Sequence record: PP892525.1
DNA from: Escherichia phage vB_EcoS_I14
Reading direction: 5' to 3' (one strand)
DNA length: 64,000 bases
Shown here: one piece after another, positions 38,478-45,856 of the stretch
Layout: each line of letters begins with the position of its first letter
How positions within the stretch are numbered: the first letter of the stretch is position 1
Translations under genes and position numbers: made by a program
The notes under the pieces: generated by a model
Database searches by the model: none
What the model saw: only the letters and a program-made list of their open reading frames with translations
What the model was told of the DNA's origin: nothing

Positions 38478-38645
38478 ATGTATAGACATCCACCTCCGCC
38501 AACACGTCGTTCTAGAGAAGTTATCCTCATGGAATTAACTAAAAACTTCAAGGCAACTCTTGAAGATAGAGATCTAGGCACGGATGAAGACATTGATTTT
38601 ATTTGTAGACTACTAAAGATGAAACTGGAGAAACAACATGGCTAA
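38478..38645 (+). CDS. hypothetical small protein
   Basis: 55 codons from ATG 38478; not in the ORF track. Confidence 0.3.
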   Translation: MYRHPPPPTRRSREVILMELTKNFKATLEDRDLGTDEDIDFICRLLKMKLEKQHG

Positions 38646-38844
38646 TCCTGAAATTACCGCACAACGTTTCATGCTTAAAGGCATGATTGCTGAAGCAGGT
38701 ATGACTCAAGAGGTTGCAGACTTTCATAAGCAAATTCTTGATATTATAACTCTAGCTAAAGAGACTGGAGAAAAAGAGCACGCAGCAGCAATTATGGCTA
38801 TATCTCTTATTAGTCTAGACTTGGCTGAAGAATCTGGAGTTTAG
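38638..38844 (+). CDS. hypothetical protein
   Basis: 68 aa ORF. Confidence 0.4.
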   Translation: MANPEITAQRFMLKGMIAEAGMTQEVADFHKQILDIITLAKETGEKEHAAAIMAISLISLDLAEESGV

Positions 38845-38874
38845 CTCCTCCAAACAGAATTTTTAAAAATGTAC

Positions 38875-38904
38875 TTGCCTTTTGCTTTAAATTTCTGATA
38901 TAAT
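38875..38904 (+). promoter_or_regulatory. sigma70-type early promoter
   Basis: TTGCCT-18bp-TATAAT, then TATAAATTGATGAAGGAG. Confidence 0.65.
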
Positions 38905-38934
38905 AGTTATATAAATTGATGAAGGAGTTAACGA

Positions 38935-39210
38935 ATGCAAAATCGTGTTGTAGCAGCTGGTATTGAAAGTGCAATCTGTAAATCCTGGGAAGGCTGGGAA
39001 GGTGAGATTGAATGGCTTTATTTCTACGATGTAGAACTTCTTCCAGAAGTTAAAGCTAAATGTGTTGAAGCTGGCATGGCTCCAGATGCAAAAGCTGATA
39101 TTGATATTTCAATGTCTGAACTTAAAGGTCGTGTAATTACTGTTGGTGATGAGGGCGAAGAAGTTTTCGAACTTCCGTTCTCCTTAACTGTCACTCCTAA
39201 GTTCGACTAA
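38935..39210 (+). CDS. hypothetical protein
   Basis: 91 aa ORF. Confidence 0.5.
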   Translation: MQNRVVAAGIESAICKSWEGWEGEIEWLYFYDVELLPEVKAKCVEAGMAPDAKADIDISMSELKGRVITVGDEGEEVFELPFSLTVTPKFD

Positions 39211-39246
39211 CTAATACAGCACTGAGCAAGTTCTTTAAAATTTGAC

Positions 39247-39275
39247 TTGCTCAGTGCCTTAAAACTTGGTATAAT
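39247..39275 (+). promoter_or_regulatory. sigma70-type promoter upstream of tRNA-Tyr, overlapped by a 12-bp inverted repeat
   Basis: TTGCTC-17bp-TATAAT; perfect inverted repeat GCACTGAGCAAG/CTTGCTCAGTGC (39220-39257) spans the -35. Confidence 0.6.
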
Positions 39276-39338
39276 AGTTATCTAATTTGGAAACATATTT
39301 AAAAGTGTTTAAACTAATATTTGAATACTTTTAAATAT

Positions 39339-39426
39339 GGGCGTTTATTCCGTAAGTGGTAGCGGAGGGGATTGTAAATCCCTGGTCATTGCGACTCGAG
39401 TGGTTCGACTCCATTAACGCCCACCA
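39339..39426 (+). tRNA. tRNA-Tyr(GTA), type II
   Basis: Acceptor GGGCGTT/AACGCCC; anticodon stem GGGGA/TCCCT, loop TTGTAAA; long variable arm; CCA encoded. Confidence 0.7.
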
Positions 39427-39443
39427 AATTAAAGGTAAAGGAT

Positions 39444-39935
39444 ATGTATATTGATAGGATAATTCAAGAAGCTGCAAATAGGGGTATTATACAGTTAGGT
39501 TCACCCGCTGATATAAACAAAGATCTAATATTAGAGAGCCTCACATTTGGTACAGCTAACTTTGGTCGCGATAGTAATCGTCGGTATAGTTTGAAGTTAT
39601 CTGCTCTATCTTTTATCAAGTATAACAAAAGTATTGGAGAAAAATCCAGCTGTGGTTTTATTTATGCAATAACTAACCCAGCTTGGGATAACTATGTAAA
39701 AATTGGTATGTCTTCTGATCCTAAAACAAGATTAGGAAATTACCAGACTTACTCTCCTTTACGTGATTATAAGTTAATACATTGGTCATTTTGGTTTAAT
39801 GCTAGAGAAGCTGAGAAAATGCTTCATAATAGCTTTCCCGAACGGCTTAATGAATGGGTAGTATTAGATAGAAGTGTAGATGAAATACTTTCTGAGTTTA
39901 ATAATCTATCCAATAAACAATTTAAGTCCTGTTAG
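39444..39935 (+). CDS. T5orf172/GIY-YIG-like domain protein (homing-endonuclease-like)
   Basis: 163 aa; motif GFIYAITNPAWDNYVKIGMSSDPKTRLGNYQT; lies between tRNA genes. Confidence 0.55.
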   Translation: MYIDRIIQEAANRGIIQLGSPADINKDLILESLTFGTANFGRDSNRRYSLKLSALSFIKYNKSIGEKSSCGFIYAITNPAWDNYVKIGMSSDPKTRLGNYQTYSPLRDYKLIHWSFWFNAREAEKMLHNSFPERLNEWVVLDRSVDEILSEFNNLSNKQFKSC

Positions 39936-40002
39936 ACAAACTGGTAAAGTCACTACCCTTTCAAGGTAGGGTTTGTGGGTTCGATCCCCGCACAGGACGC
40001 CA
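39926..40002 (+). tRNA. tRNA-Glu(TTC)
   Basis: Acceptor GTCCTGT/ACAGGAC; anticodon stem CTACC/GGTAG, loop CTTTCAA; CCA encoded; 5' end overlaps the stop of CDS 39444-39935. Confidence 0.65.
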
Positions 40003-40010
40003 ATTTCTGC

Positions 40011-40087
40011 ATTCCTAGAGTGTTACTGGACAGCATGTCGGTCTCCAAAACCGTACGGTCTAGGTTCGAGTCCTAGTAGGTTTGCCA
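40011..40087 (+). tRNA. tRNA-Trp(CCA), tentative
   Basis: Anticodon loop CTCCAAA; T-arm CTAGG-TTCGAGT-CCTAG; CCA encoded; acceptor has two U-U mismatches. Confidence 0.45.
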
Positions 40088-40093
40088 AAATTT

Positions 40094-40168
40094 GCACCTT
40101 TAGCTGAGATGGATTAGCGCTTGCCTGAAGAGCTTGAGAGGTTCGTTCGATACGAACAGGGTGCACCA
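40094..40168 (+). tRNA. tRNA-Phe(GAA), tentative
   Basis: Acceptor GCACCTT/AGGGTGC; D-stem GCTG/TAGC; anticodon loop CTGAAGA with weak stem; T-arm GTTCG-TTCGATA-CGAAC; CCA encoded. Confidence 0.55.
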
Positions 40169-40185
40169 AATTGAAGGAGCTGCTG

Positions 40186-40458
40186 ATGCATCCTGAAAAC
40201 TTCTTTATTTACTGCGCTGATAAGTCGCTAAAACGTAGAATTAACAAAGTCTATCATTATCGTGCTAGTCAACAGCCTTATGTATATGCTTTTGACGGTG
40301 ATCACATTCCACTAGAACAATTATCTTGTGATTACATGATATTGAAGAACTTTGACGAGACGAAGATCTCAAGCGTTCACAATCGACAGAATCCATTAAC
40401 GTGGAAATATAAGAAGAAAAAGAAAGGAATCAAATTCTTAAAAAATGTAGTTGCTTAG
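40186..40458 (+). CDS. hypothetical protein
   Basis: ATG 40186 after AAGGAG; the track ORF begins at TTG 40171. Confidence 0.4.
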   Translation: MHPENFFIYCADKSLKRRINKVYHYRASQQPYVYAFDGDHIPLEQLSCDYMILKNFDETKISSVHNRQNPLTWKYKKKKKGIKFLKNVVA

Positions 40459-40479
40459 TTTCCAAAAGTTCTGTATAAT
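40451..40479 (+). promoter_or_regulatory. sigma70-type early promoter
   Basis: TTGCTT-17bp-TATAAT. Confidence 0.7.
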
Positions 40480-40508
40480 AATTACATAAATTGAACTGGA
40501 GAAGCAAC

Positions 40509-40733
40509 ATGACAGAACAAGAATTGAATGAACGTAAGCTGGTAATGCTTCGCTTACTAAATATTTTCTCTGGTATGGACGGTGGAATTGACTTTGTTCA
40601 TCTACGTTCTTTCGTAGAAGAAGCCGAAGGCGAATCTATCACTAAAATCCTTAAACACATGGGATTACTTTTAGATGCTGCTAATGTGGCTACTGAATAT
40701 AAACTAGAAGATCTACCGGAGCGTGTTAAATGA
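40509..40733 (+). CDS. hypothetical protein
   Basis: ATG 40509 after GGAGAAG, downstream of promoter 40451-40479. Confidence 0.45.
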   Translation: MTEQELNERKLVMLRLLNIFSGMDGGIDFVHLRSFVEEAEGESITKILKHMGLLLDAANVATEYKLEDLPERVK

Positions 40734-40921
40734 AACGATTAGTTAGATTTAAGTGTTGTGGTTCTGAACATATTTTCACACATCTTCGTGAATTTAAAAT
40801 GTGTGATTGTGGTAAATCAGGCTATGACTCAGGAGATGGGTTCTACGCCCGTACTCTAGGGAACTTCAATGATCTAGAATTTGAAGATCTCGAAAAGCAA
40901 GATAAATCGACCGTTGGCTGA
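40730..40921 (+). CDS. hypothetical Cys-rich small protein
   Basis: 63 aa; CCGSEH...CDCG; 3' end overlaps tRNA-Cys. Confidence 0.4.
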   Translation: MKRLVRFKCCGSEHIFTHLREFKMCDCGKSGYDSGDGFYARTLGNFNDLEFEDLEKQDKSTVG

Positions 40922-40983
40922 ATGGCTTAGGCGAAGGATTGCAAATCCTTTTTATGTGAGTTCAAATCTCATGCGGTCGTCCA
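40908..40983 (+). tRNA. tRNA-Cys(GCA)
   Basis: Acceptor CGACCGT/GCGGTCG; anticodon stem AAGGA/TCCTT, loop TTGCAAA; T-loop TTCAAAT; CCA encoded; overlaps the 3' end of CDS 40730-40921. Confidence 0.7.
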
Positions 40984-40990
40984 AATTTTA

Positions 40991-41073
40991 GGGTCGTTAG
41001 CCAAGCGGTTTGGCGGCGGATTGTTAATCCGTGTCGAAAGACAACGTAGGTTCGAATCCTACACGGCCCGCCA
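40991..41073 (+). tRNA. tRNA-Asn(GTT) with extended variable region, tentative
   Basis: Acceptor GGGTCGT/ACGGCCC; D-stem GCCA/TGGC; anticodon stem GCGGA/TCCGT, loop TTGTTAA; CCA encoded. Confidence 0.6.
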
Positions 41074-41175
41074 AATTCTGTGTAGAGTTAAGTAAACCGG
41101 TAGCCAACCAGCTATCATTGCTGACATCGAATTCAGCCACAGATACCATTTTCATTAATAACTGAGGAAACAAGC

Positions 41176-41361
41176 ATGTCCAAGAATGTAATTGCACAGT
41201 TAGAAGTTCATCGTGATAACACAGCTAATAACATTAAGTGCCGACAAAAAGATATTGAAGCTCGAAAGGCTGATCTTTTAATGAGTATTCGAGAGCTTAA
41301 TGTACGAAAAGAGTTTCTTAAAGAACTTAATGCAGCTATTGAAAAACTCAAAGCTGAGTAA
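41176..41361 (+). CDS. hypothetical protein
   Basis: 61 aa ORF. Confidence 0.4.
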   Translation: MSKNVIAQLEVHRDNTANNIKCRQKDIEARKADLLMSIRELNVRKEFLKELNAAIEKLKAE

Positions 41362-41370
41362 ATGAATTAT

Positions 41371-41447
41371 GCGACCGGGGCTGGCTTGGTAATGGTACTC
41401 CCCTGTCACGGGAGGGAATGTGGGTTCAAATCCCATCGGTCGCGCCA
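41371..41447 (+). tRNA. tRNA-Asp(GTC)
   Basis: Perfect acceptor GCGACCG/CGGTCGC; anticodon stem CTCCC/GGGAG, loop CTGTCAC; T-loop TTCAAAT; CCA encoded. Confidence 0.75.
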
Positions 41448-41473
41448 AACTAAACTAGCACGAGAAATATGAT

Positions 41474-41821
41474 ATGGTTAATGCTAAAGAAGAATTGTTA
41501 CTTGCCCTAAAGAATACTAATTCTGAAGTTAAGTGTATTAAGATAGAATTCGGTTATTATGGGGACAAAGAAGTTTGGGTATTACCCATAGGTTATACAG
41601 AAAAAGATATTGAAGATTTTCTAAATAATCTAGACTTTAAATATGATTCTGGTTTCGGTGGACAATTGCTTTATGGTAACGTATGGTTTACTGATGGAAC
41701 TTGGTTAGAACGTGGTGAATACGACGGTTCTGAATGGTGGGAATATAAGGCTACACCAGCAATCCCAGAAGAATGCCGAACAATTAATGGTGAAGTAGAT
41801 CGTACTTTACTATTAAATTAA
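41474..41821 (+). CDS. hypothetical protein
   Basis: 115 aa ORF. Confidence 0.5.
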   Translation: MVNAKEELLLALKNTNSEVKCIKIEFGYYGDKEVWVLPIGYTEKDIEDFLNNLDFKYDSGFGGQLLYGNVWFTDGTWLERGEYDGSEWWEYKATPAIPEECRTINGEVDRTLLLN

Positions 41822-42213
41822 CAAAATTTCAGTGCAGAACACGGAGCTAGCAATTCGGAAGTGCTGACTCATGATAAGCTGCCTATGTACTTGCGAAGCG
41901 GTCGTGTCCAAGACTCGGACTCTTGCACTGAAAACAATCAAACATTCTAGCGTGGTTGATGGGGAAACCAGCTTGGCTAGGGCAGAAGCTCGTTCGATTC
42001 GAGTGAAAGAATGGTTCTCGTAAGTCCGCACAAGTGATAGCAGGTTCGAGTCCTGTCTAGAATGACACTATAAAGTTTACTTATTATGTAGGTTCCGATA
42101 GATCGGCGGGTCTATTCTGGCATTTAAGAGAAGTCTCGCAAACTTTTTTGTCAGCCGTGGGGTTGGTAGCCTCCAGGTGGCCTACACAATAAGTAAATTT
42201 ATTAAAAATTCAT

Positions 42214-42242
42214 TTGCTATTCTGCTTTATTATCTGTATAAT
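42214..42242 (+). promoter_or_regulatory. sigma70-type early promoter
   Basis: TTGCTA-17bp-TATAAT, then TATAAAGTGAAGAGAAGG. Confidence 0.7.
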
Positions 42243-42274
42243 ATATTTTATAAAGTGAAGAGAAGGAAAGCAAA

Positions 42275-42433
42275 ATGAAACACAAGATAGCTCAAGTCTT
42301 TATGGCATTATGGTGTATGCCAATAGCTATAACAGCATTTAATCTAGATACTTTTACTATAGAAGAAAAATATATCGGATTAGTTAGCGGCTTTAGTATG
42401 CTGGGCTTATCTTTGCTGTGGTTAAAGAAATAA
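42275..42433 (+). CDS. hypothetical small membrane protein
   Basis: 52 codons after promoter 42214-42242; hydrophobic; not in the ORF track. Confidence 0.35.
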   Translation: MKHKIAQVFMALWCMPIAITAFNLDTFTIEEKYIGLVSGFSMLGLSLLWLKK

Positions 42434-42437
42434 TATT

Positions 42438-42515
42438 CTCCGTGTAGCTCAGTTTGGCCAGAGCGTTTCGTCTGGAGCGATAGGGTCGGGGGTTCAAATC
42501 CTCCCACGGAGACCA
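42438..42515 (+). tRNA. tRNA-Pro(TGG), tentative
   Basis: Acceptor CTCCGTG/CACGGAG; D-stem GCTC/GAGC; anticodon loop TCTGGAG; T-arm GGGGG-TTCAAAT-CCTCC; CCA encoded. Confidence 0.55.
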
Positions 42516-42521
42516 AATAAT

Positions 42522-42599
42522 TGCGGGTTAGATCTCTGGTAGAGATCGCTAGTCTCATAAGCTAGAAAGAGGTAGGTTCGATTCCTGCACCCGCTTCCA
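42522..42599 (+). tRNA. tRNA with CAT anticodon and unpaired 1-72 (initiator-like Met), tentative
   Basis: Acceptor TGCGGGT/ACCCGCT with U-U at position 1-72; D-stem GATC/GATC; anticodon stem CTAGT/GCTAG, loop CTCATAA; CCA encoded. Confidence 0.55.
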
Positions 42600-42619
42600 T
42601 TTTAATAGAGGATTTCGAA

Positions 42620-42787
42620 ATGAAAGTATTTCGATTAGTAGTAAGTGACAAACGCTTAGGTAAGAATACATCAAAATCCTTACTTGCTCATTATGGTAGA
42701 AATTGGGATGAAGTAATGGCAGAGTTTAGTACTAATCACCCTTACTTGAAAGTTCACTCTATTAAAGAAGTATACAATGGTTACTAA
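42620..42787 (+). CDS. hypothetical small protein
   Basis: 55 codons between tRNA genes; not in the ORF track. Confidence 0.3.
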   Translation: MKVFRLVVSDKRLGKNTSKSLLAHYGRNWDEVMAEFSTNHPYLKVHSIKEVYNGY

Positions 42788-42788
42788 T

Positions 42789-42867
42789 AGATCGCTAGCT
42801 CAATAGGTTTAGTAGCATCCGACTTTTAATCGGAAGGTTCTGGGTTCGAGTCCCAGGCGATCTACCA
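42789..42867 (+). tRNA. tRNA-Lys(TTT)
   Basis: Perfect acceptor AGATCGC/GCGATCT; anticodon stem TCCGA/TCGGA, loop CTTTTAA; T-arm CTGGG-TTCGAGT-CCCAG; CCA encoded. Confidence 0.75.
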
Positions 42868-42871
42868 AATT

Positions 42872-42945
42872 GCTCGGTTAGTTTAATGGGAGAACCCCGT
42901 CTTTACACGGCGGTTGCGATAGTTCGATTCTATCACCGAGTACCA
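42872..42945 (+). tRNA. tRNA-Val(TAC)
   Basis: Acceptor GCTCGGT/ACCGAGT; anticodon stem CCGTC/GGCGG, loop TTTACAC; T-arm GATAG-TTCGATT-CTATC; CCA encoded. Confidence 0.7.
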
Positions 42946-42964
42946 ATTAACTCAAAATAAGGAA

Positions 42965-43324
42965 TTGCAAATGCAATTATCAAGCAAGGTTCAAGGCTAT
43001 TTCGGTCATGTAACAATGGAGTTCGCTATCTCTAAAGGTTGGGACTTCGAACAAGATTTAGCTGAGTTCTACAAAGATATTGATCTGAACGTACCATATA
43101 TGGGACTTTCTACTGGTCAGGAGATCACAGAAGCCGATGTATTCAAGGCAAGTCAAGGTGAGGTAACACCTAGTTTTGCCGAGTTCTGGTTAGGCATTAC
43201 GTTAAAAGAAGATGCACCAGATAGTGGTGTACTAATGTCTAGTTTGCACTCTGGAAGTTCCGATTACCTTTTCATTAGCGATGTTAAGGAAATACAAGAA
43301 GTCTGCAAAAATGTACTTGCTTGA
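42965..43324 (+). CDS. hypothetical protein
   Basis: 119 aa ORF. Confidence 0.5.
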   Translation: MQMQLSSKVQGYFGHVTMEFAISKGWDFEQDLAEFYKDIDLNVPYMGLSTGQEITEADVFKASQGEVTPSFAEFWLGITLKEDAPDSGVLMSSLHSGSSDYLFISDVKEIQEVCKNVLA

Positions 43325-43345
43325 TGCTTAATTTCTTGTTATAAT
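43317..43345 (+). promoter_or_regulatory. sigma70-type promoter preceding an ORF-free segment and tRNA-Ala
   Basis: TTGCTT-17bp-TATAAT; -35 overlaps the end of CDS 42965-43324. Confidence 0.7.
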
Positions 43346-43583
43346 ATTTATATAAATTGATGAGGATTTCTCCTCATCATAGTTCACTAAGGTATTAGCT
43401 CGACCTAGGACTGGCTGCCAAAAAGCACGATCCCTACGATTCGGGAGAAGTTCTAGATTAGTCCACTAGATTCAGCGGCAACTGAATAGTGTATTGGGTT
43501 TGCGAGATGACGCGGTTCCTTCCGCTCGAAGCGAAGGTGCTGTAGTTACGCCGAGCTAATAGCCTTAGTAAACTAAAGAATTT

Positions 43584-43657
43584 GGGGATATAGTTTAATG
43601 GTAGAACATCTGCTTTGCACGCAGAAGACGAGGGTTCAACTCCCTCTTTCTCCACCA
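43584..43657 (+). tRNA. tRNA-Ala(TGC)
   Basis: Acceptor GGGGATA/TTTCTCC with G3-U70; anticodon stem TCTGC/GCAGA, loop TTTGCAC; T-arm GAGGG-TTCAACT-CCCTC; CCA encoded. Confidence 0.7.
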
Positions 43658-43663
43658 AAATTC

Positions 43664-43748
43664 GGGGCTATGCTGGAACTGGTAGACAATACGGCCTTAG
43701 ATTCCGTAGCTTAAATGCGTGGGAGTTCGAGTCTCCCTAGCCCCACCA
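43664..43748 (+). tRNA. tRNA-Leu(TAG), type II
   Basis: Perfect acceptor GGGGCTA/TAGCCCC; anticodon loop CTTAGAT; long variable arm; T-loop GTTCGAGTC; CCA encoded. Confidence 0.7.
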
Positions 43749-43764
43749 ACTTATAGGGTAATGT

Positions 43765-44349
43765 ATGCAGTTTGTACCAATAAAAGATGCACCAGGGTAT
43801 TTAGTAAATGAAACAGGGGATGTGTTATCTACATTTACTAATAAAATTTTATCAAGATATATAGTTGATGGATACCCTGCTGTAAAATTACAGATAAATG
43901 GTAAGCAAACTTCGGTACTTATACACCGAATTATTTCTCATGTATTTGGGGACTTATATAATCTATTTGACCCTGAATTAGAAGTAGATCACAAGGATAG
44001 AGATAGGCTGAATCTATCTAAAGATAATCTTCAAGTTTTATCAAAAATAGAACATCAGAAGAAAACTAATAAAGATAATGGATGGTCTGATAGTAGAGTA
44101 CCTTGCCCCTTATGTGGAAATCTAATGCTTCAGAGATCAGTAACATGTACAAATTGTAAGCCAAAACCTACAGGAAAGTTAATAAAACCAGAGTTGTCCT
44201 TAGAAGACATAACTGAAAAGGTTTTATTAATGGGGTGGGTTAAGGCAGCTAAAGATCTAGAAGTATCAGAGTCCACTTTACGTAGACGATATACTAAACT
44301 AACCGGATTAAGCCCAAAAGTATTAACAGAACAACGGAAAAGCAAATAG
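43765..44349 (+). CDS. HNH homing endonuclease
   Basis: 194 aa; HNH motif VDHKDRDRLNLSKDNLQVL; C-terminal HTH-like tail; within tRNA cluster. Confidence 0.75.
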   Translation: MQFVPIKDAPGYLVNETGDVLSTFTNKILSRYIVDGYPAVKLQINGKQTSVLIHRIISHVFGDLYNLFDPELEVDHKDRDRLNLSKDNLQVLSKIEHQKKTNKDNGWSDSRVPCPLCGNLMLQRSVTCTNCKPKPTGKLIKPELSLEDITEKVLLMGWVKAAKDLEVSESTLRRRYTKLTGLSPKVLTEQRKSK

Positions 44350-44429
44350 ACTGGTGACTAAACCCGATTGGAAATCGGTTGAGTGGTAGCAATACCGCCT
44401 TATGGGTTCAACTCCCATCTTTTCCGCCA
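44336..44429 (+). tRNA. tRNA-Ser(GGA), type II
   Basis: Perfect acceptor GGAAAAG/CTTTTCC; anticodon loop TTGGAAA; long variable arm; CCA encoded; 5' end overlaps the stop of the HNH gene. Confidence 0.65.
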
Positions 44430-44441
44430 AACAATTTATAT

Positions 44442-44536
44442 GGTAGGTCAATCCAACGGCTGGCGCTGGACTCCGACTTGAAATCGGTTGATCGTAGTGA
44501 TACGGTGTAAGGGTTCGATCCCCTTACCTACCTCCA
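44442..44536 (+). tRNA. tRNA-Ser(TGA), type II
   Basis: Perfect acceptor GGTAGGT/ACCTACC; anticodon loop CTTGAAA; T-arm AAGGG-TTCGATC-CCCTT; CCA encoded; unusually long (95 nt). Confidence 0.6.
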
Positions 44537-44902
44537 AATCTTGAAGTATGCCGGAATCGGTAGACGGGGCTGCCTAAAAGGTTTATAGGGAACATCCACT
44601 CCCTGCAACATACCTCATAAAGCGGCTGAGATAAATGGTCTATCTCGTGAAGGTTCAAGTCCTTCTGCTTCTTGATACATCTATGGCTCAAAGTGTAACG
44701 GTGCTATTTGATGCTCTTGGTAAGACTTCCCCGACATGCGTTCGGGAGTAAGCTGCTAAGGCTAGGGTAGAAGAGTTTCTGAGAGCCGCCACAATTGAAA
44801 ATTCGTACTCGTCTTGAGCTGCGTGCAATAGGAGATAACTTGATTAGTATTCTAGAACATGCTAATTGAGGAAGGTTTCGCTAACCCTGCGAGTTTTCAA
44901 TT

Positions 44903-44979
44903 GTGGCTATATCATAATTGGTTAATGATCCTGATTGTGAATCAGGCCTATGTGGATTCGAATTCCACTAGCCACCCCA
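44903..44979 (+). tRNA. tRNA-His(GTG)
   Basis: Perfect acceptor GTGGCTA/TAGCCAC; anticodon stem CCTGA/TCAGG, loop TTGTGAA; T-arm GTGGA-TTCGAAT-TCCAC; CCA encoded. Confidence 0.75.
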
Positions 44980-45003
44980 AATTAACTTAAATAGGAAATA
45001 AAT

Positions 45004-45198
45004 ATGGCTGATTTCTGCAAACAATGCTCCATTGATATGTGGGGCAGAGATACTGGTGATCTTTCTGGTTTGATTACAGAAGCTGAAGTTAAAGAAGGCT
45101 ACGGTGCTGTTGTGGTTTGCGAAGGATGCGGAGTTATTCGAGTAGATCATGAAGGCAAACGTTTGGAAGAATCTGAGCCAACAACGATTTTTCCGTAG
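45004..45198 (+). CDS. hypothetical zinc-ribbon-like small protein
   Basis: 64 aa; CKQC...CEGCG. Confidence 0.45.
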   Translation: MADFCKQCSIDMWGRDTGDLSGLITEAEVKEGYGAVVVCEGCGVIRVDHEGKRLEESEPTTIFP

Positions 45199-45214
45199 AA
45201 TAAGATGAAATTAT

Positions 45215-45290
45215 TGGGATGTAGATCAATTGGCAGATCGTCGGTTTCTGACATCGAAGGTTCCACGTTCGATCCGTGGCATCCCAGCCA
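45215..45290 (+). tRNA. tRNA-Gln(CTG)
   Basis: Acceptor TGGGATG/CATCCCA (U1-A72); D-stem GATC/GATC; anticodon loop TTCTGAC; T-arm CCACG-TTCGATC-CGTGG; CCA encoded. Confidence 0.75.
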
Positions 45291-45296
45291 AACAAT

Positions 45297-45371
45297 TGGA
45301 AAGTAGTGTAATGGTTAGCACTGGAGATTTTGAATCTCTTAGTTAGGGTTCGAATCCCTACTTTCCTGCCA
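45297..45371 (+). tRNA. tRNA-Gln(TTG), tentative
   Basis: Acceptor TGGAAAG/CTTTCCT with 1-72 mismatch; anticodon stem GGAGA/TCTCT, loop TTTTGAA; T-arm TAGGG-TTCGAAT-CCCTA; CCA encoded. Confidence 0.6.
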
Positions 45372-45377
45372 ATTTAC

Positions 45378-45452
45378 GCGTGATTAGTTCAGTGGCTAGA
45401 ATAACTGGCTTCCAACCAGTAGACACGAGTTCGACTCTCGTATCCCGCACCA
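45378..45452 (+). tRNA. tRNA-Gly(TCC)
   Basis: Acceptor GCGTGAT/ATCCCGC (one mismatch); anticodon stem ACTGG/CCAGT, loop CTTCCAA; T-arm ACGAG-TTCGACT-CTCGT; CCA encoded. Confidence 0.65.
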
Positions 45453-45469
45453 ATTTTTAAGGAAACGTT

Positions 45470-45691
45470 ATGCACGTTTTTGAATTTCGTAATAAAAGTA
45501 CCGATAAACGAGTTATTGTTATTGGAGAAACATACCGAGCATACGAACAAACTGACGGCTCTGTTATCTTGAATGACGAGAAAGGAGGTTTTAGCTTTTA
45601 TCCCAAAGAAACTTACGAAGAATTTCGTACAAAGTTTCTTCTACCAGACTGGCTAGAAGTAGCGCAGCAACGAGAACCCGAAGATGGCTGA
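45470..45691 (+). CDS. hypothetical protein
   Basis: 73 aa ORF. Confidence 0.45.
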   Translation: MHVFEFRNKSTDKRVIVIGETYRAYEQTDGSVILNDEKGGFSFYPKETYEEFRTKFLLPDWLEVAQQREPEDG

Positions 45692-45848
45692 TAACCTAAA
45701 AGTCAAGATCGATAAACAAAAGAAACGTGTAGAAGTAGAGATTGGTGAAGAACGTGTAGCCTTCACCTTTGAATTTCTACAACAAATGGCAATGACAGTT
45801 ATGACTGATAAGTCTCCTGTTATTGAAAAAGAAATCCCGTTAAAATAA
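45684..45848 (+). CDS. hypothetical small protein
   Basis: 54 codons; ATGGCTGA overlap with upstream stop; not in the ORF track. Confidence 0.3.
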   Translation: MADNLKVKIDKQKKRVEVEIGEERVAFTFEFLQQMAMTVMTDKSPVIEKEIPLK

Positions 45849-45856
45849 CGGGATCT

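Noticed and set aside
41995-42064. Short tRNA (about 68 nt) with T-arm GCAGG-TTCGAGT-CCTGT
   Set aside because: Acceptor pairing has a mismatch, no anticodon stem could be formed and no CCA is encoded; reported only as part of an ORF-free structured segment.
42292-42558. Minus-strand 88-aa ORF in the six-frame track
   Set aside because: It is antisense to two well-formed plus-strand tRNAs (42438-42515, 42522-42599) and lacks promoter or RBS; judged spurious. The same applies to other antisense track ORFs in the tRNA cluster (41813-42031, 43458-43658, 44130-44345, 44968-45150).
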